This document shows, piece by piece, positions 35,020 through 45,277 of a DNA stretch of 64,000 nt; the stretch's first letter is position 1; each line of letters begins with the position of its first letter. The translations under genes were made by a program, and so were the position numbers. The notes under the pieces were generated by a model. That model did not search any database. It saw only the letters and a program-made list of their open reading frames with translations, and was not told the DNA's origin. Location: the NCBI GenBank assembly GCA_018648865.1, contig JABGQH010000004.1:72961-136960 (forward strand), in the 5' to 3' direction. Source of the DNA: Candidatus Peregrinibacteria bacterium. Lineage in GTDB: Bacteria; Patescibacteriota; Gracilibacteria; Peribacterales; Peribacteraceae.

Positions 35020-36240
35020 ATGTCAGTACATTCACTCATGTTCGGCTGGGAGTATCCTCCAATCCATTTGGGTGGCTTGGGAGTTGCATGCCAAGGGCTT
35101 GTAAATGGACTTCTTAGACATAATGTAAAAGTTACATTGGTACTTCCTCATCCAAATCCGAGTTCACAGGAAGGGCTAGATATACTGACTCCAACAGAAG
35201 ATGAACTAAAACGAATTATTGTAAGAAGCCAATTACATCCATACGATTCAGTTCAGAAATACGAAGAACGAATCCAGCTCATTTCTAAAAGTGGAAAAAC
35301 AGAAAAGATTTACGGGGATGACCTTGGACAAGAGATTGAAAATTTTACAGCTATGAGCGTTGAACTAACAAAAGATGTACAGCCAGATTTAGTTCATTGT
35401 CATGACTGGATGACATATGAAGCTGGGGCAAGAAGTGCTGCCTATCACAATAAGCCACTAGTTGCGCATATACATGCTACTGAACTAGATAGAACACACT
35501 TCCAACCAGATGAATGGATATATAAAAAGGAGCAAAGAGGATTTAATAAAGCAGACCAAATTGTTGCTGTTAGCAATTACACAAAAAGCATACTAGTTAA
35601 ACACTATGGGATTTCTTCTGACAAAATTCAGGTAGTGCACAATGGAAATGCAAAGGTACAGATGCAAAGAGAATCTATAATTAAATCTGTACATGGGCAA
35701 AAGCCTGCTCCAATGGTTTTATTTTTAGGTCGTATGACAGTGCAAAAAGGCCCTGTTCAGTTCCTAAATATGGCAGCGGAAATACATAAATCAAGACCAG
35801 ATGTTCAATTTGTACTAGCAGGAGACGGAAACATGCTAGGTGAATTAATACACAGAGCACATGATTTAAATCTACAAGAAAATATAATATTTGCTGGAAA
35901 AGTAAGTAACTCAGAAGCACAAAAACTCTTTGCTAAAGCAGATTGTTTTGTAATGCCTTCTGTATCTGAGCCATTTGGATTAGTAGCTCTAGAAGCTCTA
36001 GCTCAGGGCACACCTGTAGTACTCTCTAAGCAATCAGGTGCATCAGAAGTAGTACACAACGCATTCAAAGTAGACTTCTGGGATACATCTAAGATGGCTG
36101 ATTGTGTGCTAACTATATTGCGAGAAGACGCATTAGTAAGACAAATACGATCAGAGGCTCCAAATATTCTTCAAAAATTGACGTGGGAAAACCAAGCAAG
36201 GGAAATTAGATCCCTATATAACAAAGTTATAAATTTTTAA
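35020..36240 (+). CDS. Glycogen synthase-like glycosyltransferase (GT-B fold, archaeal GlgA-like)
   Basis: The N-terminal FGWEYPPIHLGGLGVACQGL resembles the K/E-x-GGL motif of glycogen synthases. The C-terminal PSVSEPFGLVALEALAQGTPVV supports the call, as does co-location with the GH57 and GH15 genes. Confidence 0.7.
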   Translation: MSVHSLMFGWEYPPIHLGGLGVACQGLVNGLLRHNVKVTLVLPHPNPSSQEGLDILTPTEDELKRIIVRSQLHPYDSVQKYEERIQLISKSGKTEKIYGDDLGQEIENFTAMSVELTKDVQPDLVHCHDWMTYEAGARSAAYHNKPLVAHIHATELDRTHFQPDEWIYKKEQRGFNKADQIVAVSNYTKSILVKHYGISSDKIQVVHNGNAKVQMQRESIIKSVHGQKPAPMVLFLGRMTVQKGPVQFLNMAAEIHKSRPDVQFVLAGDGNMLGELIHRAHDLNLQENIIFAGKVSNSEAQKLFAKADCFVMPSVSEPFGLVALEALAQGTPVVLSKQSGASEVVHNAFKVDFWDTSKMADCVLTILREDALVRQIRSEAPNILQKLTWENQAREIRSLYNKVINF

Positions 36241-36274
36241 TTTTTATAAAACTAAAAATACACAAAAATAAAAT

Positions 36275-37651
36275 ATGAACACAAACCCAAATATCTGTTT
36301 ATACTTCCAAGTTCACCAGCCATACAGACTGCGTGACCTAAGATACAATGAAATTGGAGGAGGTACTGAATATTTTGACGAACAGAAAAACAAAGAGATA
36401 TTTAGAAAAGTAGCCGAGAAGTGTTATTTACCAGCAAATAAATTAATGCTTGATCTACTAAACGAGCATGAAGATTTTAGAATCTCATACTCGATCTCTG
36501 GAGTATTTTTGGATCAATGTGAAGAATATGGACAAGACGTGCTTGAATCTTTTCAGGCATTAGCAAAAACAGGAAAAGTAGAATTTATGGCAGAAACGTA
36601 TTACCACTCACTAAGTGCTATACACTCATTGCCAGAGTTCTGTGAGCAAGTTTCTATGCATGCGAATAAGATACAAGAGCTATTTGGTTCGTATCCAAGG
36701 ATATTTAGAAACACAGAACTAATATTTAGTAATGAGATTGCTCATATAGTCCGTATGATGGGTTTTAGAGGAATTCTCGCAGAAGGAGCTGACCACATAC
36801 TGCAAGGCAGATTACCAAATGATCCATATATTCCACCTAATTTTCATCTTCCAGAAAGTGAATATTGGAACGTAATTAAAGAAAAGTTCCCAGATAGTGT
36901 CCCAGATAAAAACATTTATGTTCTGTTAAAAAATTATCGTTTATCAGACGATGTAGCATTTAGGTTCTCGGATAAATCATGGATGGGGTTCCCACTAACT
37001 ACGGAAAGATTTACAGATTGGATTTTGCAAAATCATGGACACAGCATAAATCTGTTTATGGATTATGAAACATTTGGAGAACACCAATGGGCAGAGACAG
37101 GAATATTTAATTTTTTGAAAAAGATGCCAGATGAATGGAATAAGAGAAGTATTAAAACACTCACGCCATCACAGATTATTGATGAATGGGAAAATCGTAT
37201 TGGTGTTGTAGTCGAAAATGACAAGAAAGAGCACAAAGAAGACGTTAAGAAAATAGTTCAAGTGCTTAAGTCTCTGTGGGAAAGACCAAAAACTACAGAT
37301 AGCCCAATGGAGAAATTTTCAGTAGAAAAACAATACAACGCCCATTGCCCCGTTTCTTGGGCAGATACAGAAAGAGATATTTCTGCTTGGGAAGGTAATG
37401 AAATTCAAAAAGCTGCAATAGAAATGTTGTACTCCCTAGAAGATAAAGTTAAACAAAGTAAAGATCCACACATGGTAGAAACGTGGCGAAAATTACAAAC
37501 ATCAGATCACTTTTACTACATGTGTACAAAGTATTGGAGTGATGGAGACGTACATAAATACTTCAGTCCTTATGATTCACCATACGAAGCATATAGACGG
37601 TTCTCTCATGCATTACAGGACCTACAATTACAATCCGAAAACACCAATTAA
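36275..37651 (+). CDS. Glycoside hydrolase family 57 (alpha-amylase / alpha-glucanotransferase type)
   Basis: The N-terminal ICLYFQVHQPYRL is the typical GH57 region 1. The later block WADTE supports the call. Confidence 0.75.
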   Translation: MNTNPNICLYFQVHQPYRLRDLRYNEIGGGTEYFDEQKNKEIFRKVAEKCYLPANKLMLDLLNEHEDFRISYSISGVFLDQCEEYGQDVLESFQALAKTGKVEFMAETYYHSLSAIHSLPEFCEQVSMHANKIQELFGSYPRIFRNTELIFSNEIAHIVRMMGFRGILAEGADHILQGRLPNDPYIPPNFHLPESEYWNVIKEKFPDSVPDKNIYVLLKNYRLSDDVAFRFSDKSWMGFPLTTERFTDWILQNHGHSINLFMDYETFGEHQWAETGIFNFLKKMPDEWNKRSIKTLTPSQIIDEWENRIGVVVENDKKEHKEDVKKIVQVLKSLWERPKTTDSPMEKFSVEKQYNAHCPVSWADTERDISAWEGNEIQKAAIEMLYSLEDKVKQSKDPHMVETWRKLQTSDHFYYMCTKYWSDGDVHKYFSPYDSPYEAYRRFSHALQDLQLQSENTN

Positions 37652-37670
37652 TTACTAAATTATTAACTCT

Positions 37671-39713
37671 ATGCCAAGATCTCTAATCATTGGAAACGGC
37701 TCTACCCTAGCTACATTTGACGACAATGCGCAGATGCGCGATCTATACTATCCATATGTAGGGATGGAAGACCACACAAAATATGGAGACGTACACAGAG
37801 TTGGCGTTTGGGTAGAAGACATAGGATTTTCTTGGTTTAGCGATCCAGAATGGGAATGTACATTAAACTACAGACCAGAAACATTGGTTACTCATTCATT
37901 ATTACGTAATGAAAAACTGGGGCTAGTAATAACATCCGAAGATTATGTGCATCCTGTAAAAAATATTCTAGTTAGGAATTTCCGCGTAGTTAGTACAGAC
38001 GGAAAAGATAAGAATGTTAAGTTCTTTTTTAACCATGATTTTCACATTTACGGAGACAAACAAAAGGACACCGCTTTCTTTGAGCCATACACAAATTCTG
38101 TTATTCACTATAGGCAAAGACGATATTTCTTGGTTGGAGGGAATACATCAAATCCATACGAACAGAAGGATGATCCAGAAATAAGTGAATTCCAATCCAT
38201 GATTAATTGTGAAAAAAGAAACAACCATTTTGGGATTAATTCATACAGTATAGGAAAATCAGAATACCAAGGGAAAGAAGGAACATGGAAAGATGCAGAA
38301 GACGGAGAGCTATCAATGACAACAATTGATCAAGGTTCCGTTGATTCCACAGTAGGAATTTTCTGTTCTGTATCCCCTAATAAGGAATCAGAAATAAATA
38401 TGTGGGTATGTCTTGGAAAATCGCTAGAGGAAGTAGTTGATCTACAAAATTTCATTCAAGATGAAACACCTGAAAATGCAAAAAGGAATTGTCACAATTA
38501 TTGGAAAAGCTGGGTAAACAAATCCGACAATAATTTTGGGACCCTAGATAAAAAGATCATAGATTTATATAAAAGGAGTCTGCTTACCATCCGTATGCAT
38601 GCAGACAATAATGGAGGGATAGTTGCCGCAGCAGATGCAGATATTATGGCTTTTAACAAAGATACATACACATATGTATGGCCAAGAGATGGAGCATTTG
38701 TTTCTTTGGCCCTAGATAAAGCAGGCTACATGGAAGTAACCAGAAGGTTCTTTGAATTCTGTGTAAAAACACAAAGCGAAGAAGGTTATATGCTTCACAA
38801 ATTCAATCCAGATGGATCATATGGGTCTTCTTGGCACCCATGGTTTAATAACAATTCATCACAATTACCAATTCAAGAAGATGAAACCGCATTAGTTCTT
38901 TATGCTATGTGGAAACATTTTGAGCATGTTAAAGATTTTGAATTTATTCAATACATGTACGAAAATTTTGTAAAGAAAGCAGCAGAATTCTTATATATTT
39001 ATACAGAAGAAGATACTGGGCTACCATTGCCTAGTTATGACCCATGGGAAGAGCACAGAGGTGTATTTACATACACAACAGCTTGCACAATAGCGGGGCT
39101 ACATGCTGCTTCAAAAATGTGTCATATCCTTGGGCACTACAATCATGAAGAAAAATATCAAGATGCAGCAGATAAAATGAAACAAGCTCTGCTTTTCCAT
39201 TTATTTGATGAGGAGAAAGGAAGATTTGTAAAAAAGATTGATAGAGAAAATGGGAAAACTACAAATACTGATTACACAATAGATGCCAGTGTAACTACTG
39301 TGTGGAAATTAGGAATTCTGTCACCAGAAGATCCACGATCTGTTTCTACAATGAATCAATTAGTAGATTCACTAACAGTAAATACTCCAATAGGAGGAAT
39401 TGCTAGATACACAGATGATTACTATCACTCAGTTACAGAGCCAACAAATGATATACCAGGAAATCCATGGATAATTACTACTCTTTGGAAGGCCCAATGG
39501 AATATTTCACGCGCAAAAGATATTAATGATCTTAAGCCAGCAAAAGAAATACTTAGCTGGGTTGAATCACATGCAACTAAATCTGGAATGTTGCCAGAGC
39601 AATTAAATCCATTCACAGGTCAGCATCTATCTGTTTCCCCTCTTACTTGGAGCCACGCAACATTCGTAGAAACAGTGATTGATTTCTTAGAAAAAGAGAA
39701 GGAGCTAAGTTAA
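37671..39713 (+). CDS. Glycoside hydrolase family 15 (glucoamylase-like) with N-terminal beta-sandwich domain
   Basis: The N-terminus LIIGNGSTLATFDDNAQMRDLYYPYVG and the catalytic-domain blocks YVWPRDGAF, LPIQEDETA, PSYDPWEE and LPEQL are typical of archaeal/bacterial GH15. Confidence 0.85.
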   Translation: MPRSLIIGNGSTLATFDDNAQMRDLYYPYVGMEDHTKYGDVHRVGVWVEDIGFSWFSDPEWECTLNYRPETLVTHSLLRNEKLGLVITSEDYVHPVKNILVRNFRVVSTDGKDKNVKFFFNHDFHIYGDKQKDTAFFEPYTNSVIHYRQRRYFLVGGNTSNPYEQKDDPEISEFQSMINCEKRNNHFGINSYSIGKSEYQGKEGTWKDAEDGELSMTTIDQGSVDSTVGIFCSVSPNKESEINMWVCLGKSLEEVVDLQNFIQDETPENAKRNCHNYWKSWVNKSDNNFGTLDKKIIDLYKRSLLTIRMHADNNGGIVAAADADIMAFNKDTYTYVWPRDGAFVSLALDKAGYMEVTRRFFEFCVKTQSEEGYMLHKFNPDGSYGSSWHPWFNNNSSQLPIQEDETALVLYAMWKHFEHVKDFEFIQYMYENFVKKAAEFLYIYTEEDTGLPLPSYDPWEEHRGVFTYTTACTIAGLHAASKMCHILGHYNHEEKYQDAADKMKQALLFHLFDEEKGRFVKKIDRENGKTTNTDYTIDASVTTVWKLGILSPEDPRSVSTMNQLVDSLTVNTPIGGIARYTDDYYHSVTEPTNDIPGNPWIITTLWKAQWNISRAKDINDLKPAKEILSWVESHATKSGMLPEQLNPFTGQHLSVSPLTWSHATFVETVIDFLEKEKELS

Positions 39714-39773
39714 TAACAAAATCAGCCTCTTTCAAATTACATTAAACCTGCTAAAGTAGATTCACCCTTTCCT

Positions 39774-40628
39774 ATGAATCACAGGATACTGGTTGCGATA
39801 ATACTCAGTACATTTCTATTTGGAATGTCATCACAAACTTATGCGCAACAAGCTTTCACAGGCAGTGTAACAACTAGTGAATCACCCTCTCTTAAATTAG
39901 AGGACAACAGTGATGCACTATGGCAACAGCGGATAGATAGATCCGAAGGATTTAGAGCAAAAATGCTATCTACACATCACGGACTTAACCTTTTTGCCGA
40001 ATATAAAAAAGCATATATGAGGAACAGAATAGAACATTCTGTTGACTGTCGCCTTGCACAAAGGAAATCAAACAAAGAAGGTCTCTTTTCTGTTTCCGCT
40101 CGTTGTTATAGAACAAGCTTGCTTATGGAAAGGGAATTCTGGCAAAAGCACAGCCAACAAATAGAAAGCATTCCTGGGGTAAGCAATAAGATTAGGGGGA
40201 AAGCAATCAGTGCTATAACTGAAATGATTGATGCGATTGATGCGATTATCCTTGGAATAGATAGTTCAGTTTACAAATCACTTGATGGGCTGCTAGAAGC
40301 TAAACAAAATCTTCATAAAAAATACAGAGCACCTGTTTCACTTTCAATTTCTCATGTTAGAGCAGATAGAACACTATCTTGGATAGCACATTTTATGACA
40401 AGCATGCTTTCGATAATCGAGACAGAGGACATATCAGAAGAAACATTCTCTGAGCTAATGAAAGCTTCATATTGTCTAGAAATGGGAGAGCTATTTATGA
40501 AAGAAATACTGATTCAGGAAGATAATTCGCAAGCTAGCCTGATTTTAAGCCAATCTCTTGTTCACCTTCAGTCTTGTGAACAATATTTTAAGCAAGCATA
40601 CGATTCTAATCAAAAACTAGACATATAA
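39774..40628 (+). CDS. Hypothetical secreted protein
   Basis: Signal peptide (ILSTFLFGMSSQTYAQQ) followed by a helical body. No motifs recognised. Confidence 0.5.
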   Translation: MNHRILVAIILSTFLFGMSSQTYAQQAFTGSVTTSESPSLKLEDNSDALWQQRIDRSEGFRAKMLSTHHGLNLFAEYKKAYMRNRIEHSVDCRLAQRKSNKEGLFSVSARCYRTSLLMEREFWQKHSQQIESIPGVSNKIRGKAISAITEMIDAIDAIILGIDSSVYKSLDGLLEAKQNLHKKYRAPVSLSISHVRADRTLSWIAHFMTSMLSIIETEDISEETFSELMKASYCLEMGELFMKEILIQEDNSQASLILSQSLVHLQSCEQYFKQAYDSNQKLDI

Positions 40629-40698
40629 GCTGTTTTGATCATGTTTAAGTAATAGTGATAGAAAATCTCGGTCTTGGGTAAAAGCAGATGTATACTTC

Positions 40699-41412
40699 AT
40701 GCTCCCCATGCAAAATTCCCCTGCATATAAACGCCGGGTAGAGAGGACTAAAAACAAGCACTCTCGTGCCGTATACCAAAACGGGACAATAGTAATTCGC
40801 CTAGCTAAAGGCCTTTCTATAATGGAGGAGCAAAATCACATAGAGAGCTTATATCGCACAATGATTGGAAAATTGCTGGAAGAAGAGCGAACAAAAATTT
40901 TGATCGACCCCTTCAGATTTCTATTAGATGGAAGTGAAAAAACTACAATCACACTAGCAACTGGAAAACGTTATACATTTACATTAAAACCTGGAAATAA
41001 GCTTAAATCTGAACGAACACCACGCGGATGGCGCATTACTATTGCCCCAGGAGTAAGACGTGGTTCTTTGCATCGTTTCTTGTGGAAAATAATCGCAGAA
41101 GAAGAGAAAGAGCGTATAAAACACCTTGTTACAAGTATTAACGAAGAATCGCTCGGAGTAGGCATAAGCGATGTAAGGCTAAACTTTGCAACAACTCAAT
41201 GGGGCAGCTGTAGTCCCCGAGGTATCATCATGATTAACGCAGCATTGCTCTTTGTGCCTCCTTCTCTGCTCAAATACGTAATAGTACATGAATTAGCACA
41301 CAGAAGACGCTGTGACCACTCACCGAGCTTCTGGAGATGGGTAGAGCTTGGGATGCCAAGGTACAAAAAAGCTAAAAATCTACTTAAAGGTTATAGATTA
41401 CCAAATCTTTAA
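40699..41412 (+). CDS. YgjP/DUF45-type (M48-like) metal-dependent hydrolase
   Basis: The C-terminal motif YVIVHELAHRRRCDHSPSFWRWVE is the DUF45 HExxH region. Confidence 0.8.
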   Translation: MLPMQNSPAYKRRVERTKNKHSRAVYQNGTIVIRLAKGLSIMEEQNHIESLYRTMIGKLLEEERTKILIDPFRFLLDGSEKTTITLATGKRYTFTLKPGNKLKSERTPRGWRITIAPGVRRGSLHRFLWKIIAEEEKERIKHLVTSINEESLGVGISDVRLNFATTQWGSCSPRGIIMINAALLFVPPSLLKYVIVHELAHRRRCDHSPSFWRWVELGMPRYKKAKNLLKGYRLPNL

Positions 41413-41993
41413 ATAAATGATTCGATCGTAAGCCCTGCATCATTCAGGATTTTGCCAAATTCAAATATAGGTAGACCAACTACTCCAGTAAAGTTCCCTT
41501 CAATTCTCTCTATCATTATTTGTCCTTTCCCTTCTATTTGAAAAGCACCAGATCGGTTTTCCCACTCCCCTGTTTTTATCCACCAATCTATAGTTTCTTC
41601 ACCCAGATCTGAAAAAGTTACAGAAGAAGAGTTTGTTATTTCTAACACTTTAGAAGATGGCAATAATAAACATAGAGACGAATGAACTAAGGATGTATTA
41701 CCACTATGCATTCTTAACATAGATCTAGCCTCTGATTCATTAGCAGGTTTTTCTAGGAGTGTTCCATCAGACGAAACAACTAATGTATCTGCTCCTAGTA
41801 CACATGCATCTGGGTTCTTATCAAATACATCCTGTGCTTTCATTTTTGCCAAACTTACAGACCTATTTACTGGATCAGCCTCTTTACAAATAGATTCATC
41901 AACAGAGCTTGGAACAACAGAAAACTTAAGCCCTATTTCTTTTAATAACTTTTCCCTTTGTGGACTAGCCGATGCAAGTAGAAACCTAGACAC
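41409..41993 (-). CDS. maf: Maf-like nucleoside triphosphate pyrophosphatase
   Basis: LASASPQREKLLKEIGL, GADTLV and AGAFQIEG are Maf signatures. Confidence 0.85.
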   Translation of the reverse strand: MSRFLLASASPQREKLLKEIGLKFSVVPSSVDESICKEADPVNRSVSLAKMKAQDVFDKNPDACVLGADTLVVSSDGTLLEKPANESEARSMLRMHSGNTSLVHSSLCLLLPSSKVLEITNSSSVTFSDLGEETIDWWIKTGEWENRSGAFQIEGKGQIMIERIEGNFTGVVGLPIFEFGKILNDAGLTIESFI

Positions 41994-42029
41994 ACTATTC
42001 AGTGTATCAAATTTCTAAGTATTTACCTC

Positions 42030-42737
42030 TTATTCCTCAATAAAACCCATAGGTCGCACCGATGCTCTCTTGCTTTTAAGTCCACTAATAGCTTCATCAA
42101 TCATTTGTAATCTTAGCTTTAGGGTAGATGGACCAACTCTATGTTTACTGCGAAGAAAAATATTATCATTCTGGATTCCAACTGGAGCAGCTTTCTCACT
42201 AGATCCTAAAATATCTTGGCATAAGTCATAAAGCATAATCCCTGCTGTTTTAGAACAGAATCCAGCACGAGTATAAGTACGCAACATCAGTCTTTGCTCT
42301 GTAGAAAGCTCGCGCTGATAAGATACGGAATTGTTTACGCGGTGTTCTACTTCTCCTGGAGTTGGCGCATCCCCTGCATCGTCTTGATCTTCTGGTGCAG
42401 CTGAATGTGCATCTAATGGGACATAAGTAGAAGTATCATTAAAATCTGGGCATTCAACATCTTCTCCATTTCGTAAACGATCTCTACATCTTTCTACTGC
42501 TCTAGAGTATGCACGGCGTTGCATATGAAATGTGTTTCTATAATCTTGTGCTAAAGCATGTATATCAATTGTCTCTTGAATAACTCTGCCTTCTTGGTCT
42601 ATAGACCTATAAAGAGAAACCAATTCTGCTGTATGTAATCCGGAACTACTCATAAAGACCTGAGCAAGTAATGGCAGAGCCATAACTACAGCAAGCAGAA
42701 TAATTACAGGACGTCTCGTAGATCTATTTTTTTTCAT
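42030..42737 (-). CDS. Hypothetical exported or anchored protein
   Basis: N-terminal hydrophobic segment (VIILLAVVMALPLLAQVF). No motifs recognised. Confidence 0.5.
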   Translation of the reverse strand: MKKNRSTRRPVIILLAVVMALPLLAQVFMSSSGLHTAELVSLYRSIDQEGRVIQETIDIHALAQDYRNTFHMQRRAYSRAVERCRDRLRNGEDVECPDFNDTSTYVPLDAHSAAPEDQDDAGDAPTPGEVEHRVNNSVSYQRELSTEQRLMLRTYTRAGFCSKTAGIMLYDLCQDILGSSEKAAPVGIQNDNIFLRSKHRVGPSTLKLRLQMIDEAISGLKSKRASVRPMGFIEE

Positions 42738-42783
42738 GTGTGTTTTTTTGTAAAGTTCCCTATATTCTATCAGAAATTGCCCT

Positions 42784-43743
42784 TTAACGCAATCCTACTG
42801 CTTTTTTAACTCTATCCATCGTAACTTCTGCGATGGATGAAGCGCTTACAGACCCGCTATCTAGTATTTCCTTAACGTCTGAATCAGATAGTGAATCTCT
42901 CTTCTTCCTCATAGAGGAGAATGTATCCATAAATGTTTCTAACAATTTATTTTTAGCATCTCCGTATCCCAGTCCCCCAGCCTTATACTGATCTGCTAAA
43001 TCTTTTTGCTCTTTATCACTTAATAAAGGTGCATGCATTTGATACACAATGCATTCCTCTGGATTCTTTGGCTCCTCTACAGATTTGGAATCTGTAGTAA
43101 TTCCCATAATCGCCTTTTTGATTACTGACTCATCTGCAAATAATGGGATTGTATTTCCATAACTCTTACTCATTTTTTGACCATCCGTTCCAGGTATTAC
43201 AGCTACATCCTTTCGAATTCTAACATCTGGAACTACTAACGTTCCTTCTGCATATTGGTTATTGATTTTCTGAGCTATGTCTCTAGTAATTTCTATGTGC
43301 TGTTTTTGATCCTTACCAACAGGAACTATGTCTGTATCGTAAAGTAAAATATCTGCGGCTTGAAGTACTGGGTATGTAAATAGTCCAGCAGAAGCACTTA
43401 GGCCTTTTTCTACCTTCTCTTTATAACTAACAGCACGCTCCAATAGTCCCATTGGAGTAATGCAAGAGAGTATCCAAGAAAGCTCTGTGTGATAAGGGAT
43501 ATCCGATTGGAAAAACAGAATCCCCTTATTTGGATCAAAACCACATGCCAATATGTCTTTTGCCAAATCCCATCTAAAACGATTTAGCTCATCTGCGTCA
43601 TGAACAGAGGTAAGTGCATGTAGATCTGCAATCATGTATAAATTTTCATCTTCACCAAGTAAATCAATATTTGGCTTAATAGAACCTAAGTAATTACCAA
43701 GGTGTGCATCGCCAGATGGTTGCATTCCAGAAAGAACTCTCAT
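42784..43743 (-). CDS. trpS: Tryptophan--tRNA ligase
   Basis: SGMQPSGDAHLGNYLG (HIGH-type region), GKDQKQH and KMSKS. Start set at ATG 43743 (MRVLSG). Confidence 0.95.
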   Translation of the reverse strand: MRVLSGMQPSGDAHLGNYLGSIKPNIDLLGEDENLYMIADLHALTSVHDADELNRFRWDLAKDILACGFDPNKGILFFQSDIPYHTELSWILSCITPMGLLERAVSYKEKVEKGLSASAGLFTYPVLQAADILLYDTDIVPVGKDQKQHIEITRDIAQKINNQYAEGTLVVPDVRIRKDVAVIPGTDGQKMSKSYGNTIPLFADESVIKKAIMGITTDSKSVEEPKNPEECIVYQMHAPLLSDKEQKDLADQYKAGGLGYGDAKNKLLETFMDTFSSMRKKRDSLSDSDVKEILDSGSVSASSIAEVTMDRVKKAVGLR

Positions 43744-43826
43744 GTGCACAGTATGTAACAGAAATTAAGATAGTACAAATACAGTATTAAGTATTGAGCA
43801 ATATTTTTTTATAGTAAACATAACAG

Positions 43827-43910
43827 CCCCTCTCCCCGACCCTCTCCCGAAGGGAGAGGGAGGTTTTATCCCCTCTCCCCCAAAAGGGGGAGAGGGTTAG
43901 GGAGAGGGGG
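43827..43910. repeat. GC-rich nested palindromic element (predicted three-way junction)
   Basis: The outer stem pairs a 10-mer CCCCTCTCCC within CCCCTCTCCCC (43827-37) with GGGAGAGGGG within 43900-10. Hairpin 1 is CCCTCTCCC-GAA-GGGAGAGGG (43840-60). Hairpin 2 is an 11-bp stem CCCTCTCCCCC (43871-81) / GGGGGAGAGGG (43886-96) around loop AAAA. A half copy lies at 61677-61710. Confidence 0.85.
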
Positions 43911-43937
43911 TAAATTGATATTTAAATACTGTTACAT

Positions 43938-44582
43938 TTAAATCTTCCCAATAAGCGCTTCAAAAGACTTCGGTATATCTGATTCAACCTTTATAACATC
44001 ACCAGTAATTGGATGATTCATCGTTAATTTATGTGCATGAAGAAAGAATTTTCTAAAACCTGTTTCCTTTGAACATGCTTTATTTATTTTCTCATCTCCG
44101 TAAACACTATCTAGCAATAGAGGATGCTTGATAGATGCGAAGTGCCTCCTAATTTGGTGATGCCTACCTGTATTTATCTTGCAAGAAACATATGCGAATA
44201 AAGGGAACTGCTTAACGATGTAATATTTAGTTGAAGCATCTACCAAATCCTTTGAGCTACGTGCAGGCAATGGTCTATCGATCTCTCCACTCTTAGGAAC
44301 CACACGACCAGATACTAATGCTTTGTATGTCTTTTCCCATGTAGAAATGGATTTCTTTGAATTTTCGAAAGCCTCTTTCGACTTAGCAAAAACTACAATT
44401 CCAGAAGTCTCAAAATCTAAACGATTAAGTGGCCTAAGACTGGGATAATCAATTTTCAGAAAATCAAGAAGAGGAAGTTTTTGCACCTTCCCTTTTCCTT
44501 TTACTACTAGCTCTCCACTCCTCTTATTTACAATAAGCAGATGATCATCTTCGTACAAAATTCTGTCAGCAGATATAGGCAT
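43938..44582 (-). CDS. RluA-family pseudouridine synthase (no S4 domain)
   Basis: Catalytic motif NRLDFETSGIVVFAK and HHQIRRHFA. Confidence 0.85.
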   Translation of the reverse strand: MPISADRILYEDDHLLIVNKRSGELVVKGKGKVQKLPLLDFLKIDYPSLRPLNRLDFETSGIVVFAKSKEAFENSKKSISTWEKTYKALVSGRVVPKSGEIDRPLPARSSKDLVDASTKYYIVKQFPLFAYVSCKINTGRHHQIRRHFASIKHPLLLDSVYGDEKINKACSKETGFRKFFLHAHKLTMNHPITGDVIKVESDIPKSFEALIGKI

Positions 44583-44665
44583 ATAAATTGTTAGAAACTA
44601 GGTTAATTATGCGTTCTTCTGCAAAAATACGCTAATAATGAAGCGATTTAATCTTAAATTATAGG

Positions 44666-44941
44666 CTATAAAACGCTCGTAGTACCCACTACTTTCTTCT
44701 TCTTGTACTCAGAATTAGTCATGAGCAAAAAGATAGCTGGGAATATTCCGATGGAATTAACCAACAAAAGTGGAATATACCAATATATCTTGCCCATACG
44801 AGCAGCACGCCACAGTGCCCATCCTTTCAAGGCAGCATCTACTAAAGAAAGAGCCATAAAAACACCAATCATTGGACCCAAGTTAAACGAATCCATTAGG
44901 AATGGTGCATTTTGCGATAAAATATCAAGTTTGTCAGTCAT
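44666..44941 (-). CDS. Small membrane protein, DUF5652-like
   Basis: KGWALWRAARMGKIYWYIPLLLVNSIGIFPAIFLL matches the pattern I associate with DUF5652. Confidence 0.5.
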   Translation of the reverse strand: MTDKLDILSQNAPFLMDSFNLGPMIGVFMALSLVDAALKGWALWRAARMGKIYWYIPLLLVNSIGIFPAIFLLMTNSEYKKKKVVGTTSVL

Positions 44942-44975
44942 GCGCAGATTGTATCATCAATTTATGAATAAATCT

Positions 44976-45164
44976 CTATTGTTCTTTTTCTGTATTTGTT
45001 GATCTTGGCTTAATCAATGGTGTTGCTTTTAGTGCGGACCTTTCCCGTTCAAACTCAGCAATCATATTCCCTAAGAGCTTCCCCACAGGGGAAACATCAT
45101 CTATTACTTTTTCATCAGCGGGAGGATTTTCATCCCCATCTGAAATATTATCTGGATTAGACAT
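44976..45164 (-). CDS. Hypothetical small acidic protein
   Basis: ORF only. Start chosen at the internal ATG (MSNPDN). Confidence 0.3.
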   Translation of the reverse strand: MSNPDNISDGDENPPADEKVIDDVSPVGKLLGNMIAEFERERSALKATPLIKPRSTNTEKEQ

Positions 45165-45277
45165 AATTATTATATAGAAATTTGTCTGATTATACACTTA
45201 TTACAGAAATGTCAAGTATTGGATATATAAATCTTATAATAATGCTAATTTTTAATTTTTTGTTAAATAGAAAATCT

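Noticed and set aside
43750-43937. T-box riboswitch in the trpS leader.
   Set aside because: There is no T-box consensus (…GGUGGNACCGCG…) and no specifier-loop architecture. The region is dominated by the CCCTCTCCC/GGGAGAGGG palindromic element.
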